Shown here: one piece after another, positions 51,134-63,449 of the stretch | Layout of the letters: the number at the start of each line of letters is the position of its first letter | Numbering within the stretch: position 1 is the first letter of the stretch | Assembly (NCBI GenBank): GCA_041574455.1 | Contig: JBFFOM010000006.1 | Span: 1,037-65,036 of the forward strand | Source of the DNA: Woeseiaceae bacterium | GTDB lineage: Bacteria > Pseudomonadota > Gammaproteobacteria > Steroidobacterales > Woeseiaceae | DNA length: 64,000 nt | Direction of reading: 5' to 3' | Translations under genes and position numbers: made by a program | Notes under the pieces: model-generated | Seen by the model: the letters and a program-made list of their open reading frames with translations, nothing else | Databases searched by the model: none | Told to the model about the DNA's origin: nothing

Positions 51134-52154
51134 TCTCGGTAGGGCATTACTGGCTCCCGTGACGGAGCCGACCATCCTGCTGCCCGTCGTCATGTTCGCG
51201 ATCCTGACGACCCTCGGAATGAACGGCGGGCTTATCGGCATTTTCCTGCTCATCCTGCTGCTGCCGCCGATCTTCCGGTTCCAGATGCTCGTCCTGGAAG
51301 CTGCCGCCAGGGGCGTCGCCCCCGAGCCGCTGGATGCAGAGAATTTCAGCTTCGCCGGCAGCGGCTGGGCATTGTTCCCGTTGCCACTCGTCATCCTCAT
51401 CACCTGGGCGACAGTCGCGACCACGCAACGATACGGTGACACTGGCGGGTTCCTCGTCCTGTTTGTCGCCGCTATGCTCCTTCCAGCATCCCTGTCGGTG
51501 CTGGTGATTACCCGGTCGCCGCTGCAGAGCCTCAACCCGGTGGCGCTGATGCGGCTCATCAGGACCTGCGGCGCGGGCTTGTGGATCGCATCGGTCTACC
51601 TGGTGATTGCGGGCGTCGCCATGCAGAAACTCGTGGGGCTGCCCATGGTCATCGGAAACTTCGCGCAGCTCGTTCTGCTGTTCGCGTTCTTCTCGTTGAC
51701 CGGCACGCTGATCCGGCCTTACGGCGTGGTTGACGATGTCTACATCCCGGAAGACGGTTTGCCCGATAACGAAACTGTTCTTGGCGATATCGAGAAGCAT
51801 CGCGCAGCGGTGCTCGGTCATGCGTACGGATTCATCAGTCGGGACAACCGCAGGGGTGGCTTCCAGCACGTCTTTGACGAAATCGAAAAAGACCCGGATC
51901 CGATCGCAGCCTGGGACTGGTACTTCAACAAGATGCTCGGCTGGGAGAACCAGGTTCACGCCCTGTTCTTTGCACAACATTATGTGCACGACGCGCTGCG
52001 GCACGGGGAGGACGTCAGGGCCCTGAAGGCGATCATGCGCTGTCGCATGATCAGCGACCGATTCAAGCCGTTTCCAGAGGACTTGCCGCTGGCTTTGAAG
52101 GCCGCCGAGAGGGCCGAAAATACCGAGATTGCAAAAGTGCTGCGGCAGGGCTGA
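51120..52154 (+). CDS. Hypothetical membrane protein (polytopic N-half, helical soluble C-half)
   Basis: 344 aa, 14-nt overlap with yidD. About 6 hydrophobic helices to aa ~205, then a soluble helical region. I recognise no motif. Confidence 0.65.
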   Translation: MRPFDLGRALLAPVTEPTILLPVVMFAILTTLGMNGGLIGIFLLILLLPPIFRFQMLVLEAAARGVAPEPLDAENFSFAGSGWALFPLPLVILITWATVATTQRYGDTGGFLVLFVAAMLLPASLSVLVITRSPLQSLNPVALMRLIRTCGAGLWIASVYLVIAGVAMQKLVGLPMVIGNFAQLVLLFAFFSLTGTLIRPYGVVDDVYIPEDGLPDNETVLGDIEKHRAAVLGHAYGFISRDNRRGGFQHVFDEIEKDPDPIAAWDWYFNKMLGWENQVHALFFAQHYVHDALRHGEDVRALKAIMRCRMISDRFKPFPEDLPLALKAAERAENTEIAKVLRQG

Positions 52155-52172
52155 AGCGCTACAATAAGCCGC

Positions 52173-52427
52173 ATGGATAAACGCCTTCTCACGATACTGC
52201 GCTGCCCGGTCACGCATAAGGGCCTGTCAGTATTGAAAAAAGACAAACTGGACAAGCTCAATGCCGCAATCTCGAATGGAGACGTGTCGACGCTTGACGG
52301 TGCGCCTGTCACGGAGCCGCTCAGCGAGGCCCTGATCACCGATGACGGCAAGCGCGTGTATCCGGTCAATGATGGCATCCCGGTATTGCTCGAAGGCGAG
52401 TCGATCCACGCGGAGCAGTTTGTTTGA
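52173..52427 (+). CDS. Trm112/YcaR-like (UPF0434) small protein
   Basis: 84 aa. MDKRLLTILRCPV... and YPVNDGIPVLLEGESI match the Trm112p-like fold ends. It carries a longer insert and lacks most Zn Cys. Confidence 0.75.
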   Translation: MDKRLLTILRCPVTHKGLSVLKKDKLDKLNAAISNGDVSTLDGAPVTEPLSEALITDDGKRVYPVNDGIPVLLEGESIHAEQFV

Positions 52428-53428
52428 AGATCCGCGCCAACCAGCTCTCTTCGCACCTTCAGAAATCGCTTGCTCCCTGTTATCTCGTTACCGGCGACGA
52501 ACCGCTGTTGGTTGCCGAGGCGCTCGACAACATTCGTGAGGCAGCGCGCGCCCGTGGGTTCACGAGCCGCGAACTGCACGTCGCGACAGCGGCGTTCGAC
52601 TGGGACCAGCTCACGGCTTCCACAGGCAACCTGTCGCTGTTTGCCGAGCAGCGCATCGTCGAACTGCGCCTGCCGACGGGCAAACCAGGCCATGCGGGCG
52701 GGCAGGCGATCGTGGACCTCGTGGAACAGGCCGGACCCGAACTGTTGTGCATCGTGACCGGGCCGAAGCTCGACAGTAATACCGCGAAATCAAAATGGGC
52801 GAGGGCGATCGACAGCAAAGGTATCAGCCTCCCAGTCTGGCCGATTGGTGTTCGCGAGCTGCCGGGCTGGATCGCGAATCGCATGCGACAGGCCGGGCTG
52901 CAACCCGACCGGGATGCCGTTGCCATGATCGCCGATCGCGTGGAAGGCAATCTGCTTGCCGGGGCACAGGAGATCGAGAAACTTCGGCTGCTGCTGGGCG
53001 AGGGCAAGGTCAGCGCCGCCGACGTGGCTGACGCCGTTGCCAACAGCAGTCGATACGATGTTTACAAGCTGACGGATGCTGCCATGGCAGGCGACGCCTC
53101 GCGCGCCGTGAAGATCCTGGGAGGCCTCAAAGCCGAGGGCGTGGAGCCCGTGATTGTGATGTGGGCGCTGACGCGTGAGCTGCGCACCCTGGCGACGCTC
53201 GATGACGCGGTGTGCCAGGGCCACGATCTCGGCAGCGCAATGCAGGCCGCACGCGTCTGGAACAATCGCCAGGGTCTCGTGCGGAGTTGTATCAGCCGTC
53301 ATCCGCACGGCACATTTCATCGCATGCTGAAAGCCAGTGGGCGTGCCGACGCCGCCGCGAAAGGGCAGCGCTACGGCGACCCCTGGCAGATGGCCGCGGA
53401 CATCGTTGTCGGGATGGCACGCGTATGA
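52424..53428 (+). CDS. holA: DNA polymerase III delta subunit
   Basis: 334 aa, TTG start overlapping the upstream TGA. MKIRANQLSSHLQKSLAPCYLVTGDEPLL parallels the E. coli HolA N-terminus. Followed by nadD as usual. Confidence 0.9.
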   Translation: MKIRANQLSSHLQKSLAPCYLVTGDEPLLVAEALDNIREAARARGFTSRELHVATAAFDWDQLTASTGNLSLFAEQRIVELRLPTGKPGHAGGQAIVDLVEQAGPELLCIVTGPKLDSNTAKSKWARAIDSKGISLPVWPIGVRELPGWIANRMRQAGLQPDRDAVAMIADRVEGNLLAGAQEIEKLRLLLGEGKVSAADVADAVANSSRYDVYKLTDAAMAGDASRAVKILGGLKAEGVEPVIVMWALTRELRTLATLDDAVCQGHDLGSAMQAARVWNNRQGLVRSCISRHPHGTFHRMLKASGRADAAAKGQRYGDPWQMAADIVVGMARV

Positions 53429-54063
53429 AGCCCATTGGTGTGTTTGGTGGCACGTTCGACCCGGTTCACTACGGGCATCTGCGCTCGGCGTTTGAGATGC
53501 TGCAGGCCCTGGAGTTCGAGCAGGTCAGGTTCATTCCCTGCGCTGATCCGCCTCACCGTGGTGTCACCTTTGCCAATGCGGAACAACGGTACGAACTCGT
53601 CGCACTGGCAATCGCGGGTCAGGACGGGTTCATCGTCGATGATCGCGAGCTGCAGCGCGACGGCCCATCCTACACGGTCGACACCCTGGCCATGCTGCGC
53701 GAGGAATTTCCGGACCGCTCGCTGGGTCTCATTATAGGAATGGACGCTTTTCTTGGTCTGCCGGGATGGCATCGCTGGGATGAAATCCTCGATTTCGCGC
53801 ATATCGTGGTCGCGCACCGGCCCGGATGGAAGGCGCCTGATATCGGCGTGCTCGGCGAACTGATCACCCAGCACGGTACGCATCGTGTGGACGAACTGCA
53901 CGCAGAAACGCACGGGCGGCTGCACATTCATGCGGTGACGCAGCTCGAGATTGCGTCGACAGAAATTCGCGACCTCATTGCGGCGGGGCGAGATCCTCGT
54001 TTCCTGATGCCCGATGCGGTCCGCAACGCTATTGAGAACATGGGACTTTACAGGGAGATCTGA
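53425..54063 (+). CDS. nadD: Nicotinate-nucleotide adenylyltransferase
   Basis: Internal ATG (ATGA overlap with holA) gives 212 aa. GGTFDPVHYGHL nucleotidyltransferase motif and ISSTEIR-like IASTEIR. Confidence 0.93.
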   Translation: MKPIGVFGGTFDPVHYGHLRSAFEMLQALEFEQVRFIPCADPPHRGVTFANAEQRYELVALAIAGQDGFIVDDRELQRDGPSYTVDTLAMLREEFPDRSLGLIIGMDAFLGLPGWHRWDEILDFAHIVVAHRPGWKAPDIGVLGELITQHGTHRVDELHAETHGRLHIHAVTQLEIASTEIRDLIAAGRDPRFLMPDAVRNAIENMGLYREI

Positions 54064-54087
54064 TTTGCACTACTGCGAGAACCGCGC

Positions 54088-54441
54088 GTGAACAGCGAAG
54101 CACTGACCGACCTCGTCGTGGCAGCGCTCGATGACGTCAAGGCGAAAGATATCGTCCGACTCGACGTCCGGGACATGACGACCGTGACCGACTACATGGT
54201 GGTCGCGAGCGGCACGTCCAACCGGCACGTCAAGGCGCTGGCCGACAACGTTGCCGAGAAAGCGAAGGCCGCCGGCCATCGCCCAATCGGTATCGAAGGC
54301 GAGGAAGGCGGCGAATGGGTCCTGCTCGACCTGCAGGATACGCTCGTGCACGTCATGCTGCCGAAAGTGCGTGAGTTCTATAACCTGGAGAAACTCTGGT
54401 CGATCAGCCCTGCCGGGGGCGCGGCCGCCACCGACGGGTGA
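54088..54441 (+). CDS. rsfS: Ribosomal silencing factor RsfS (iojap-like)
   Basis: 117 aa, GTG start. [21 protein letters not shown] and [14 protein letters not shown] motifs. Confidence 0.92.
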   Translation: MNSEALTDLVVAALDDVKAKDIVRLDVRDMTTVTDYMVVASGTSNRHVKALADNVAEKAKAAGHRPIGIEGEEGGEWVLLDLQDTLVHVMLPKVREFYNLEKLWSISPAGGAAATDG

Positions 54442-54444
54442 GCT

Positions 54445-54915
54445 GTGCATATCCGGATCCTTGCTGTCGGTGATCGCCAACCGTCGTGGGTTGACGATGC
54501 CGTAGCGGCATATACAGGACGCTTTCCGCGCGAGTGGAAGTTTCGTCTCGATGCCATGGCCACGGTGCGCCGTCAACGCAATGACAAGTCGCACCAAGCG
54601 ATGGAGACGGAGGGCGAGCAAATCCTCGCAAAGCTCGGGTGCGGGGAGTTCATGGTGCTCCTGGACGAGTGTGGTCGCGAACTCGACAGCAAGGAACTCG
54701 CTACGAGGCTGGCCGGCTGGCAGAACGACGGACGTGACCTGTGCTTTGTGATCGGTGGGCCCGACGGTGTGTCGGACAAATGCCGGCAACGCGCTGACTT
54801 CACGCTGTCGCTATCGCAGCTGACCTTGCCGCACGGTCTGGCGCGCGTGCTGCTGGCTGAGCAACTCTACCGGGCGTATTCACTGCAAACGGGTCATCCC
54901 TACCACCGCGAGTAG
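54445..54915 (+). CDS. rlmH: 23S rRNA (pseudouridine1915-N3)-methyltransferase RlmH
   Basis: 156 aa, GTG start. FVIGGPDGVS and the LLAEQLYRAYSLQTGHPYHRE C-terminus are canonical. Confidence 0.94.
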   Translation: MHIRILAVGDRQPSWVDDAVAAYTGRFPREWKFRLDAMATVRRQRNDKSHQAMETEGEQILAKLGCGEFMVLLDECGRELDSKELATRLAGWQNDGRDLCFVIGGPDGVSDKCRQRADFTLSLSQLTLPHGLARVLLAEQLYRAYSLQTGHPYHRE

Positions 54916-54921
54916 ATACGA

Positions 54922-55514
54922 TTGACGAACCGGCCACGGACACTGCAGCTTGCCTCGACCTCGCCGCGCAGGCGCGAGATCCTGGCCGCGCTCGGCCTCG
55001 AGTTCTCGATTGTGCATGTCGATGTCGACGAATCGGTGCTGCCGGGGGAGAGTCCTGGTGATATGGTCGTGCGCCTGGCCATTGCCAAGGCCGAAGCTGC
55101 AGACGCAGGGCCCGCCGACATTGTCATCGCAGCAGATACGGCGGTCGTCGCAGACGAACATGTGCTCGGCAAGCCGGTCGACCAGGATGATTGCCTGGCG
55201 ATGCTCGGATTGCTTTCCGGTCGTGCGCACCAGGTCATGACCGGGGTGGCCGTGCACACCCGATCGGGTACGGGCACCGCGTTATCGACCACGGATGTGT
55301 ATTTTCGCGAAATTGATCGCGACGAGGCGCTCGCGTACTGGCAAAGTGGTGAACCGCATGACAAAGCGGGCGCTTATGCCATTCAGGGCGTTGGTGGCGC
55401 ATTTGTCGAGCGGATCGAAGGCAGTTATTCCGGAGTAGTGGGGCTGCCCGTATTCGAGACCGTGGTGTTGCTGGAACAGGCGGGCCACAGCCTCTTGAGC
55501 AGGCGACAGGAACC

Positions 55515-55518
<4 letters not shown>
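54922..55518 (+). CDS. maf: Maf-like nucleoside triphosphate pyrophosphatase
   Basis: 198 aa, TTG start. LASTSPRRREIL and KAGAYAIQG motifs. Confidence 0.9.
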
Positions 55519-56993
<1,475 letters not shown>

Positions 56994-57000
56994 GTAAGCG

Positions 57001-60000
57001 ATGAAGCAGCTGCTGCGGAAACTGTTTTCGATTCTGGCCTATACGGCCGCGACGGTCGTGATCCTGATGGCTGTCGTCGTCGGCCTGTTCCGCCTGTTCC
57101 TGCCGCGGCTTCCCGAATACCAGAACGAGATCAAAGCCTGGGCGAGCGATGCCATTGGTATCGGGGTCGAGTTCTCTGGCATGAATGCCCGCTGGGGTCT
57201 GAGCGGCCCCGAGCTCGAATTCTATGACGGCGAACTGATGCGGCCGGAAAGCCAGGCGCGCCTGCTTGCAGCCGATCGCGTCCGCATTGGTATATCCGTC
57301 GGGAGTCTCGTGTTTGATCGGTCTTTAGTGGTTGATCACGTTTTCATCAGTGACACCTCGATCGAGGTACGCCAGCTCGAAGGCGGCGACTGGTGGCTGC
57401 AGGGCTCACCACTCAGTGAGCTGGTGCCAGAAGGCGGAGGTGTGGCGCAGCAGCCGACCGCATTCGATCTGGTGCTTGAAGATGTAGAGGTCGTGTTCCT
57501 GCAGGCCGGTGCCGAGCGGCCGCGCGAGTTCCTGGTGCCACGCGCGATTGCGAGCATCGACCAGAACCGCATTGCCGTGGATGCACTTGTTCGCCTTCCC
57601 GAGGATCTCGGGCGGCAGGTCGAATTCTCCGCGACGCGGCTGGTGAATATCCCGCAGGAGGAGCGTGGCTGGGACGTCAGTGTCGAGGCCGACAACGTCG
57701 ATCTTTCCGGGTGGTCCGACCTGCACGAGTTCCCCGGCCGGCGCTTCCTCTCCGGCGGTGGCGATCTGGAGCTGTCGATGGCGATCGCGGCGGGTGAATT
57801 GGTCAATGCCACCGGCCAACTCGAATTCGTAAATATCTCCACCGTTGAAGGGCAGCTGTTTGACCTGGCCGGTCGCTTCGAACTGGACGTGGCGACGGAC
57901 GGCTGGTTCGTCGAGGTGGATCAGCTCACGGTTGCAACCGACAATCATGAATGGCCCGAGAGCAGCCTGCGGGTCGAAGCCAGTGTCGACGAAGACGACA
58001 ACATTGTTGTTCTCGCGATGGATGCAACGTACGCAGACCTGGGTGACGCCTCGCTGCTATTGCCGTGGCTTGCAGCTGACCAGCAGCAGCAATTGCTGGA
58101 CCTCGGTCTCGACGGAATCGTTCGCGATCTGGACGTCACGATCTACAACCTCGATAGCGAGACACCGAGTTTCGACGTCGAGGTCGAGCTTGATCGATTC
58201 GGCATCGCCCCGCTGGGCAAGCTGCCTGGCGTCCGCGGCTTGTCGGCAATAGTCAGTGCCAGTCGTGAGAGCGGCCACATCGACATTGCGTCCGTCAATA
58301 TGCAGCTCGAGCTGCCGACCGCCCTCGACATCCCGGTGCAGATCGACGAACTTGCCGGCGCGATTACCTGGCGCAGCGACGCCAGTCGCACGCTGGTACT
58401 GACAGACCGGATCACGTTCACGACCCCGTTTTTCGACAGTCGCAGCGATGGCGATCTCACGATCGATCACGCGGGTGGTTCGCCCGCAATAAACCTCGAC
58501 ATGAGTTGGGGCATCAGCGACCTGGCGGAGGCGCGCCGCTACGTGCCGCGGCGGGTCGTGAAACCGAAGCTTTATGACTGGTTCCAGCGCGCGCTCGTGC
58601 GCGGCAGCGTTCGTCGCGGCACGATGCGCCTGAGCGGACCGCTCGACAAGTTCCCGTTCCGCAACGGCGAGGGCAGGTTCCTCATCGAGGGTTCCGTGCG
58701 TGGCATGACGATGCAGTACGACCCGAAATGGCCGGCGGCGCGCCAGGCAGACATCGAGCTCGTTCTGGACAACACGCGCCTGTACTCTGTCCGCAATCGC
58801 TCCACCCACGCCGGTAACCTGGCCGTCAACGCCAATATTGAAATTGCAGATCTTTCCAACCCGATCCTGACGATCGACGGGCTCATCACCGGGACGCTGG
58901 CTACGCTTGGGGAGTATGGCCGGCAAAGCCCGATCAATCGCTTTACGGGCGGAAATCTCGAGAAACTGACGCTCGACGGTGATGCCTCCGTACAACTCGA
59001 TCTCGACGTCCCGCTCAGGGCTTCGCGCAATACGACGGTGAATGCGCTCTTGCGCAGCAATGGCGGATCGTTGGCTATCGAAGGGCTGGGTGCGCCGTTG
59101 ACCGACCTGATCGGCGAGATTCTGATTACCCGTGAGGCGATTACGGGCGAATCCCTGGGCGCTCGTTTCCTGGGAGAGGATGTCGAACTGCGCATCGGTC
59201 CCGGGGCGGATGCCGGGATCTTTGCGGTCGCCACCGCGACAGGCATTGCGCCCGCCACCGGTATCGTCGAAGAACTGGGTCTGCCAATCGACGGCATCAT
59301 CGAGGGGGCTGCGCCATACGAAGCGCGTATCCTGTTCCCGCGAGGCGGGGAAGACGAACGGCCACCCTTCACGGTGCGTATTGCCACGCCGTTGCGCGGC
59401 ATGGCACTGCATCTCCCCGAGCCCCTGGGCAAGGCCGCGGATGAAGCGATGCTGCTCCGCGGCGACATTCGCTTTTCTCCCGGGGGCGATCGCATTGAGA
59501 GCTCCGGCTTCGCGGACAGGGACATTGCGTGGGACATCAGCTTCGTAAAGCCTGAGGGTACCTGGGAATTCGATCGAGGCGTCATCATGGCGGGCGGTGG
59601 CACGATTGAACCCGCCGACACGCGCGGATTACACGTGCGCGGGCGTACCGAGACATTGCGCCTGGACGACTGGCTCAACGTGTCGCGCTCGCGCGCTGAG
59701 ACGGCCACCGCGGCCCTGAACATTCGCTCGGTCGACATGTTGATCGATAACTTTTTTGCTGTCGGCCAGCACCTCGTGGGCCACCGCGTGCGCGTGGATC
59801 GCAGTGCGCTTGACTGGCTGGTCCAGGTTGAAGGCGAGGACGTCACGGGCTCCATCTTCGTGCCATACGATTTTGGCTCGGATCGCGCCATGGTCATCGA
59901 AATGGACCGCATGCGTTTGCCGGGTGACGAAGTCTCGGAGAAGACATCAACGGCACTTGATCCGCGCAAGATTCCGCCAATCACGCTGAAAGCCGCCGAG

Positions 60001-60837
60001 TTTGCGCTGGGGGACCGGTATCTCGGCAAGGTTGATGTTGAACTGGTGCGCACCGAGGGCGGGCTGGCGACGGAGAAACTGGAGGCCGTCGATGAAACCT
60101 TCCAGATCGTCGGCTCGGGTACGTGGCTGGTCGATGAGAACGAGGAACTCGGCAGTCGCACAAGCGTTACGGCAACACTGAACAGCACCAATGTCGGCGC
60201 CACACTGCGGCGCCTCGATTTTGCGCAGGGCGTCACCGGTGAGTCGATGGGAACCCTGTTCGACATGAGTTGGGGTGGAGGTCCGCGCGCGGACTTTCTG
60301 GCGCTGCTCGATGGCAATGTAAAGATTCGCCTCGAGAACGGCCAGCTCGAGGAAGTGGAGCCGGGTGCCGGACGAATGCTCGGCCTTGTCAGCTTCGTTG
60401 CGCTGCCGCGCCGCCTGTCGCTCGATTTCCGCGACGTCTTCAACAGGGGCTTCAGTTACGACCGCATTGAAGGGTCGTTCGAGGTAAAGGACGGCATCGC
60501 ATCCACCTGCGACCTGTCGTTACAAGGGCCGGCAGCAGATATCGGCATCGTCGGGCGCGTCGATCTCGACAACGAGATCTACGAGCAGGGTGCGGTTATC
60601 AGTGCCAACGTCGGTAATACACTGCCGTTGGTCGGCGCTGTGGTCGGCGGACCGCCGGGTGCCGCAGCCATGCTGATCTTCTCGCAGATCTTCAAGAAGC
60701 CGCTGGCCGAAGTCGGGCAGGTGTACTACGCGATGTCGGGGGCCTGGGACGAACCGGCGATCGAGTCCGTATCATCCAGCCGCTTCGTCGACTATGGCAG
60801 ATTGGCAGGGTGTATTGCCGATGCAGGGCAACAATAA
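57001..60837 (+). CDS. yhdP: YhdP/AsmA2-family large envelope protein (phospholipid transport associated)
   Basis: 1278 aa, with a single N-terminal TM (ILAYTAATVVILMAVVVGLF) and a long beta-rich body. Conserved maf-rng-yhdP-tldD neighbourhood. Confidence 0.85.
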   Translation: MKQLLRKLFSILAYTAATVVILMAVVVGLFRLFLPRLPEYQNEIKAWASDAIGIGVEFSGMNARWGLSGPELEFYDGELMRPESQARLLAADRVRIGISVGSLVFDRSLVVDHVFISDTSIEVRQLEGGDWWLQGSPLSELVPEGGGVAQQPTAFDLVLEDVEVVFLQAGAERPREFLVPRAIASIDQNRIAVDALVRLPEDLGRQVEFSATRLVNIPQEERGWDVSVEADNVDLSGWSDLHEFPGRRFLSGGGDLELSMAIAAGELVNATGQLEFVNISTVEGQLFDLAGRFELDVATDGWFVEVDQLTVATDNHEWPESSLRVEASVDEDDNIVVLAMDATYADLGDASLLLPWLAADQQQQLLDLGLDGIVRDLDVTIYNLDSETPSFDVEVELDRFGIAPLGKLPGVRGLSAIVSASRESGHIDIASVNMQLELPTALDIPVQIDELAGAITWRSDASRTLVLTDRITFTTPFFDSRSDGDLTIDHAGGSPAINLDMSWGISDLAEARRYVPRRVVKPKLYDWFQRALVRGSVRRGTMRLSGPLDKFPFRNGEGRFLIEGSVRGMTMQYDPKWPAARQADIELVLDNTRLYSVRNRSTHAGNLAVNANIEIADLSNPILTIDGLITGTLATLGEYGRQSPINRFTGGNLEKLTLDGDASVQLDLDVPLRASRNTTVNALLRSNGGSLAIEGLGAPLTDLIGEILITREAITGESLGARFLGEDVELRIGPGADAGIFAVATATGIAPATGIVEELGLPIDGIIEGAAPYEARILFPRGGEDERPPFTVRIATPLRGMALHLPEPLGKAADEAMLLRGDIRFSPGGDRIESSGFADRDIAWDISFVKPEGTWEFDRGVIMAGGGTIEPADTRGLHVRGRTETLRLDDWLNVSRSRAETATAALNIRSVDMLIDNFFAVGQHLVGHRVRVDRSALDWLVQVEGEDVTGSIFVPYDFGSDRAMVIEMDRMRLPGDEVSEKTSTALDPRKIPPITLKAAEFALGDRYLGKVDVELVRTEGGLATEKLEAVDETFQIVGSGTWLVDENEELGSRTSVTATLNSTNVGATLRRLDFAQGVTGESMGTLFDMSWGGGPRADFLALLDGNVKIRLENGQLEEVEPGAGRMLGLVSFVALPRRLSLDFRDVFNRGFSYDRIEGSFEVKDGIASTCDLSLQGPAADIGIVGRVDLDNEIYEQGAVISANVGNTLPLVGAVVGGPPGAAAMLIFSQIFKKPLAEVGQVYYAMSGAWDEPAIESVSSSRFVDYGRLAGCIADAGQQ

Positions 60838-60838
60838 G

Positions 60839-61654
60839 ATGCGTGTTGCAGCCATCCAGATGAACAGCGGGCCGGATGTCGCGGTCAACCTGGCGCTCGC
60901 AGACAGGCTGCTCGCAGCCGCGTCGGCCGATGGTTGCCATCTCGCCGTGCTGCCCGAAAACTTCGCGCTCATGCCCGAACGCGGCCGCGATAAGGCAAAG
61001 TACGCCGAACACCCGGGCCAAGGCCCGATACAGGAGTTCCTCTCGGGTGCTGCTGCACAGCACGGCCTGTGGATCGTCGCCGGCAGCATGCCGCTCGTTT
61101 CTCCCGAGATCGACAAGCAGCGCGTATATGGCGCCTGCCCGGTATTTGACAGCGATGGTCACGAGCAGGGCGTCTATCGAAAGATTCATCTGTTCGACGT
61201 CGATCTTGTCGACAAAGGGGAGTCCTACCGGGAGTCGAACTCGATGTTTCCGGGCAACGAGGTGGTTGCCATAGATACGCCTGCGGGCCGGGTCGGACTC
61301 ACGATCTGCTACGATCTGCGCTTCCCGGAACTCTTCCGGCGACTCGTCGACGACGGAGCGACGTTGTTTACGGTGCCCGCTGCCTTCACGGTGACGACGG
61401 GAGAGGCGCACTGGCACACGTTGTTGCGCGCACGGGCTATCGAGAACCTGGCATATGTTATCGCCCCCGGGCAATATGGCCGCCATCCCGACAATCGTTC
61501 GACATACGGTCACTCGCTGATCTGCGATCCCTGGGGACGCATCCTGGCCGAGCAGGCGGACGGCAACGCCGTCGTCGCTGCCGATATCGACCCGGAGCTG
61601 CCCGCAAAACTGCGCAGCGACTTCCCGGCCCTGTCGAACCGTCGCCTGATTTGA
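60839..61654 (+). CDS. Carbon-nitrogen hydrolase (nitrilase superfamily) protein
   Basis: Start moved to [11 protein letters not shown]... (271 aa), 1 nt after the yhdP TAA. Glu/Lys/Cys triad context: [26 protein letters not shown]. Confidence 0.88.
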   Translation: MRVAAIQMNSGPDVAVNLALADRLLAAASADGCHLAVLPENFALMPERGRDKAKYAEHPGQGPIQEFLSGAAAQHGLWIVAGSMPLVSPEIDKQRVYGACPVFDSDGHEQGVYRKIHLFDVDLVDKGESYRESNSMFPGNEVVAIDTPAGRVGLTICYDLRFPELFRRLVDDGATLFTVPAAFTVTTGEAHWHTLLRARAIENLAYVIAPGQYGRHPDNRSTYGHSLICDPWGRILAEQADGNAVVAADIDPELPAKLRSDFPALSNRRLI

Positions 61655-63114
61655 CGAGAACCGAGACATTGACCCACGAATCATCCATTGACGACGTCAT
61701 CTTGCGTGTCCTGGAGCCCGCCGGGCTTGGCGAACAGCAACTCACGACCACGCTTGGCTCCGTGATGCGCGGCGGCGTCGACTATGCTGACCTCTATTTC
61801 CAGGTCAGCCGCCAGGAAAGCTGGATGCTCGAGGACGGAATTATCCGTGAAGGCAGCTTTAGCCTGGACCAGGGCGTCGGGGTGCGGGCGAACAGCGGCG
61901 AGAAGACCGGTTTTGCTTACTCCGATGAACTCGTCCTGCCGGCGCTGGAGTCGGCCGCGGCCGCGGCTCGCGCGATTGCACGCCAGGGCCAGGAGAAGCA
62001 GGTGCAAGCCTGGCAACGCAGCGCCGCGGTGTCCCTGTATCCGGATGCGGACCCGACGACGAGCATCGATGACGAACAAAAGACAAAGCTCCTGCTCGAG
62101 CTGAACGAGGCGACGCGCGCCATCGACAAGCGCGTCGAGCAGGTGATCATCAGCATGGCGAGCAGCCAGGACCTGGTGCTCGTAGCTGCCTCCGACGGGA
62201 CCATGGCTGCCGACGTACGGCCGCTCGTGCGCCTCAACGTAAGCGTAATCCTCGAACAGGACGGCAGGCGTGAGCAGGGCTATGCGGGCGGTGGTGCTCG
62301 CGCTGATCTCAATTACTTTCTGGACGGTAAAGTGCCGTTCGACTTCGCGCGCGAAGCGGTGCGCCAGGCAATCGTGCAGCTCGAGGCGCAGCCGGCGCCC
62401 GCGGGCACGATGCCGGTAGTGCTCGGCAATGGCTGGCCGGGCATCCTGCTGCACGAGGCAGTGGGTCATGGACTCGAAGGTGATTTCAATCGCAAGGGCG
62501 TGTCCGCATTCAGCGGCCGCGTAGGACAGAAGGTTGCCTCTGAACTCTGTACTGTCGTTGACGACGGTACGATCGCAAACCGACGCGGGTCGCTGTCTGT
62601 TGATGACGAGGGGACGCCTGCCCAAAATACGGTCCTCATCGAGAACGGTATTCTCAAGGGCTACATGCAGGACAAGCTCAATGCGCGGCTTATGGGCGTT
62701 GCGTCCACGGGCAATGGCCGGCGGGAGTCGTTTGCTCACATCCCGATGCCGCGCATGACGAATACCTACATGCTGGCGGGCAATCATGAGCCCGAGGAGA
62801 TCATCGCTTCGGTCGACAAGGGCATTTATGCGCCGAACTTCGGCGGCGGTCAGGTCGATATCACGTCCGGAAAGTTCGTGTTTTCAGCGAGCGAGGCTTA
62901 CCTTATCGAGAACGGGAAACTCACTACGCCGGTCAAGGGTGCGATGCTGATCGGTGATGGGCCGGAAGCGCTGCGCAAGATTTCGATGGTGGGCAACGAC
63001 CTGGCACTCGATACGGGTGTCGGTACCTGCGGTAAGGAAGGTCAATCCGTGCCTGTCGGCGTCGGACAGCCAACACTGAAGATCGACGAGTTGACGGTTG
63101 GCGGAACCGCCTGA
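61651..63114 (+). CDS. tldD: Metalloprotease TldD
   Basis: 487 aa. [28 protein letters not shown] and the HEAVGHGLE zinc motif. The TTG start overlaps the upstream TGA, and the start could be a few codons downstream. Confidence 0.94.
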   Translation: MTRTETLTHESSIDDVILRVLEPAGLGEQQLTTTLGSVMRGGVDYADLYFQVSRQESWMLEDGIIREGSFSLDQGVGVRANSGEKTGFAYSDELVLPALESAAAAARAIARQGQEKQVQAWQRSAAVSLYPDADPTTSIDDEQKTKLLLELNEATRAIDKRVEQVIISMASSQDLVLVAASDGTMAADVRPLVRLNVSVILEQDGRREQGYAGGGARADLNYFLDGKVPFDFAREAVRQAIVQLEAQPAPAGTMPVVLGNGWPGILLHEAVGHGLEGDFNRKGVSAFSGRVGQKVASELCTVVDDGTIANRRGSLSVDDEGTPAQNTVLIENGILKGYMQDKLNARLMGVASTGNGRRESFAHIPMPRMTNTYMLAGNHEPEEIIASVDKGIYAPNFGGGQVDITSGKFVFSASEAYLIENGKLTTPVKGAMLIGDGPEALRKISMVGNDLALDTGVGTCGKEGQSVPVGVGQPTLKIDELTVGGTA

Positions 63115-63234
63115 CCTGGCCGCGCCGCATTTCACATAAGTCGTTAATTCGCAATTTCTCGCTGCACAGTGTGAGTTACCTCACTGCATTCAACATATCT
63201 GCAACGTAGAGTCGTCGCATCTCAAGGAGGGATA

Positions 63235-63411
63235 ATGACGATGGCATTCGACAGCACGATTACAGAACAGGATCTGGATTCTGGTACGCAGCAGTATCTG
63301 CAGGGGTTGGGCGACGACGCAGGTAATCACGAGCCGGACCTCGATGTCGACGGCTTATCCGGGGGCTTTTTTGCGCGGATCTTCGGCCTGTTCGGTGGCG
63401 GCCGCTTCTGA
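63235..63411 (+). CDS. Small acidic protein with Gly/Phe-rich amphipathic C-terminus (unannotated 58-codon ORF)
   Basis: Not in the ORF track because it is under 60 aa. AAGGAGG at 63224-63230 lies 4 nt before the ATG. Product: MTMAFDSTITEQDLDSGTQQYLQGLGDDAGNHEPDLDVDGLSGGFFARIFGLFGGGRF. A strong terminator follows 39 nt after the stop. Confidence 0.6.
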   Translation: MTMAFDSTITEQDLDSGTQQYLQGLGDDAGNHEPDLDVDGLSGGFFARIFGLFGGGRF

Positions 63412-63449
63412 GTCAAATCAGCGACTTGCGAAGAGCCACCCAAGTACAG

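Noticed and set aside
58572-60443. 623-aa Ser/Arg/Pro-rich minus-strand ORF, and 58057-59412 in another frame, inside yhdP
   Set aside because: The extreme S/R/P composition is typical of an out-of-frame reading of GC-rich coding DNA. The plus-strand YhdP-like ORF is continuous for 1278 aa and fits conserved synteny.
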